Origin: an uncultured bacterium
GTDB lineage: Bacteria; Desulfobacterota_D; UBA1144; Nemesobacterales; UBA2774
Assembly (NCBI GenBank): GCA_963825135.1
Contig: CAWGRW010000010.1
Span: 32,001 to 96,000, forward strand
Direction of reading: 5' to 3'
DNA: 64,000 nucleotides
Numbering within the stretch: position 1 is the first letter of the stretch; each line of letters starts with the position of its first letter. The notes beneath the pieces are model-generated. The model saw only the letters and a program-made list of their open reading frames with translations, was not told the DNA's origin and did no database searches. Position numbers and translations under genes: made by a program. Of the stretch, positions 62,954-64,000 are shown in pieces.

Positions 62954-63838
62954 TCAGAACGGAAACCCGAAGTTCACCGAGAAGGCCTTCAAGTCCCCGA
63001 ACCTGTACCCGACCCCGATCCTCGGGGCAGCCATTATCCAGAGCTTCTTGGGCGTCACCAAACCCACGGTCGCCGCGATTTCGAACTGGTTCTCCACCTT
63101 GAGCGGAGGCTTGAAGGCCCTGTCGAAAGTCGTATCGGGTATGAAGTAATACCAGTTGAAGTAAACGCTCATGTCGGGCTCGTAGCCCTTATATGTAAAC
63201 CCGAGCGGGTGCTTCACGTCTATACCGTTCTCGAGGAGGCCGAATGACTGCTCGGAGCTCTTATGGAAGTTCGTATTCCCCGCCCACGAGATCCTGTTCC
63301 CGAGGCTGAACGTGAACTTATCCCAGAACATCTGATACAGGCTCCCCAGCCCCACCGCGTACACGAGCACGAACGAATCGTCCACACTTAGCCCGTCAGG
63401 GGTCGAGCTGTCGTAAACCTGCCACGCGAGTCCGGCGTTTATGAAAGGCTTGATATGCCAATGACGGACAGGCTCCCACTGGAGCTCCAAACCGGGGATC
63501 ACGCTCATCATGTCCTGGTCCACCTTGATCCTCGCGCCGTCGGGTACGGTCTCCCTGTACCTGAACCTTCCGTAGAATACCGGAGTATCGAGCACGAGCT
63601 TGAGCTTCTCGCTCCCGAGAAAATCGTTAAAGGTATATGAGATAGGAAGGCTGTACACATCCACGCTGAGCCCGCCCACGTTATACGAGCCGAACCCCAG
63701 CTGGAAGGCGTAGATGAAATTGACCTCGACGTTCCCTTTCTTGTCCTTCGCGGACGATACGGCTGCGAGCGGCAGGAGAATAATCAGCGCGAGGACCGGG
63801 ATCAGCGCATGCTTCAGTCGAGAATTCATCTGGGACAA
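62954..63838 (-). CDS. Outer-membrane beta-barrel protein (solitary autotransporter-barrel-like)
   Basis: Signal peptide, amphipathic strands, C-terminal FGFPF. Confidence 0.7.
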   Translation of the reverse strand: MSQMNSRLKHALIPVLALIILLPLAAVSSAKDKKGNVEVNFIYAFQLGFGSYNVGGLSVDVYSLPISYTFNDFLGSEKLKLVLDTPVFYGRFRYRETVPDGARIKVDQDMMSVIPGLELQWEPVRHWHIKPFINAGLAWQVYDSSTPDGLSVDDSFVLVYAVGLGSLYQMFWDKFTFSLGNRISWAGNTNFHKSSEQSFGLLENGIDVKHPLGFTYKGYEPDMSVYFNWYYFIPDTTFDRAFKPPLKVENQFEIAATVGLVTPKKLWIMAAPRIGVGYRFGDLKAFSVNFGFPF

Positions 63839-64000
63839 ATTAAATACCTATTTTAACTATTTATCAAGACCGGCTAACAAATAATTCACATGCCGTCTCC
63901 CGCCCGCCTCACAACAAACCGGTCAGAAGCCCTATGGCTCCGCCCGCGAGCATCAGCCATGTCGGATTCACCCGGAGGAAAAAGAGCGCCCCGGCCGCGG

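Noticed and set aside
1..64000. tRNA, rRNA or known riboswitch genes
   Set aside because: No recognisable cloverleaf, rRNA or riboswitch consensus seen by eye

Overview
GC-rich bacterial chromosomal window, all accessory genes with no rRNA, tRNA or core housekeeping genes. The many small lipoproteins and an IPTL-CTERM protein suggest a Dadabacteria-like lineage (inference only). The most notable feature is a ~9.3 kb minus-strand, RiPP-like peptide-modification locus at 20888-30150. It encodes a PqqD/RRE protein, an HprK-related kinase, a PF14907-type nucleotidyltransferase and four glycosyltransferases (two SunS-like GT2-TPR paralogues). It also carries five copies of a conserved ~50-aa precursor (VNPERREFLEKVTKGAFIIPTVISVMMLNQKLNLTTANAQSN): three free, one degenerate and one fused to a Hint autoprocessing domain. 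Two free copies and the degenerate copy are absent from the ORF track, and no lasso cyclase, radical SAM enzyme, peptidase or exporter is present in the locus. Other unannotated small genes are a 38-aa, 10-Cys metallothionein-like peptide upstream of sigZ, a 52-aa Ser/Thr-rich lipopeptide, and a YjzC-like gene behind tandem NrdR-like boxes in a low-GC insert. The right 26 kb holds dense, co-oriented, nested intergenic hairpin repeats and an IS481-family element. At least eight genes have single-base frameshifts that look like assembly indel errors.
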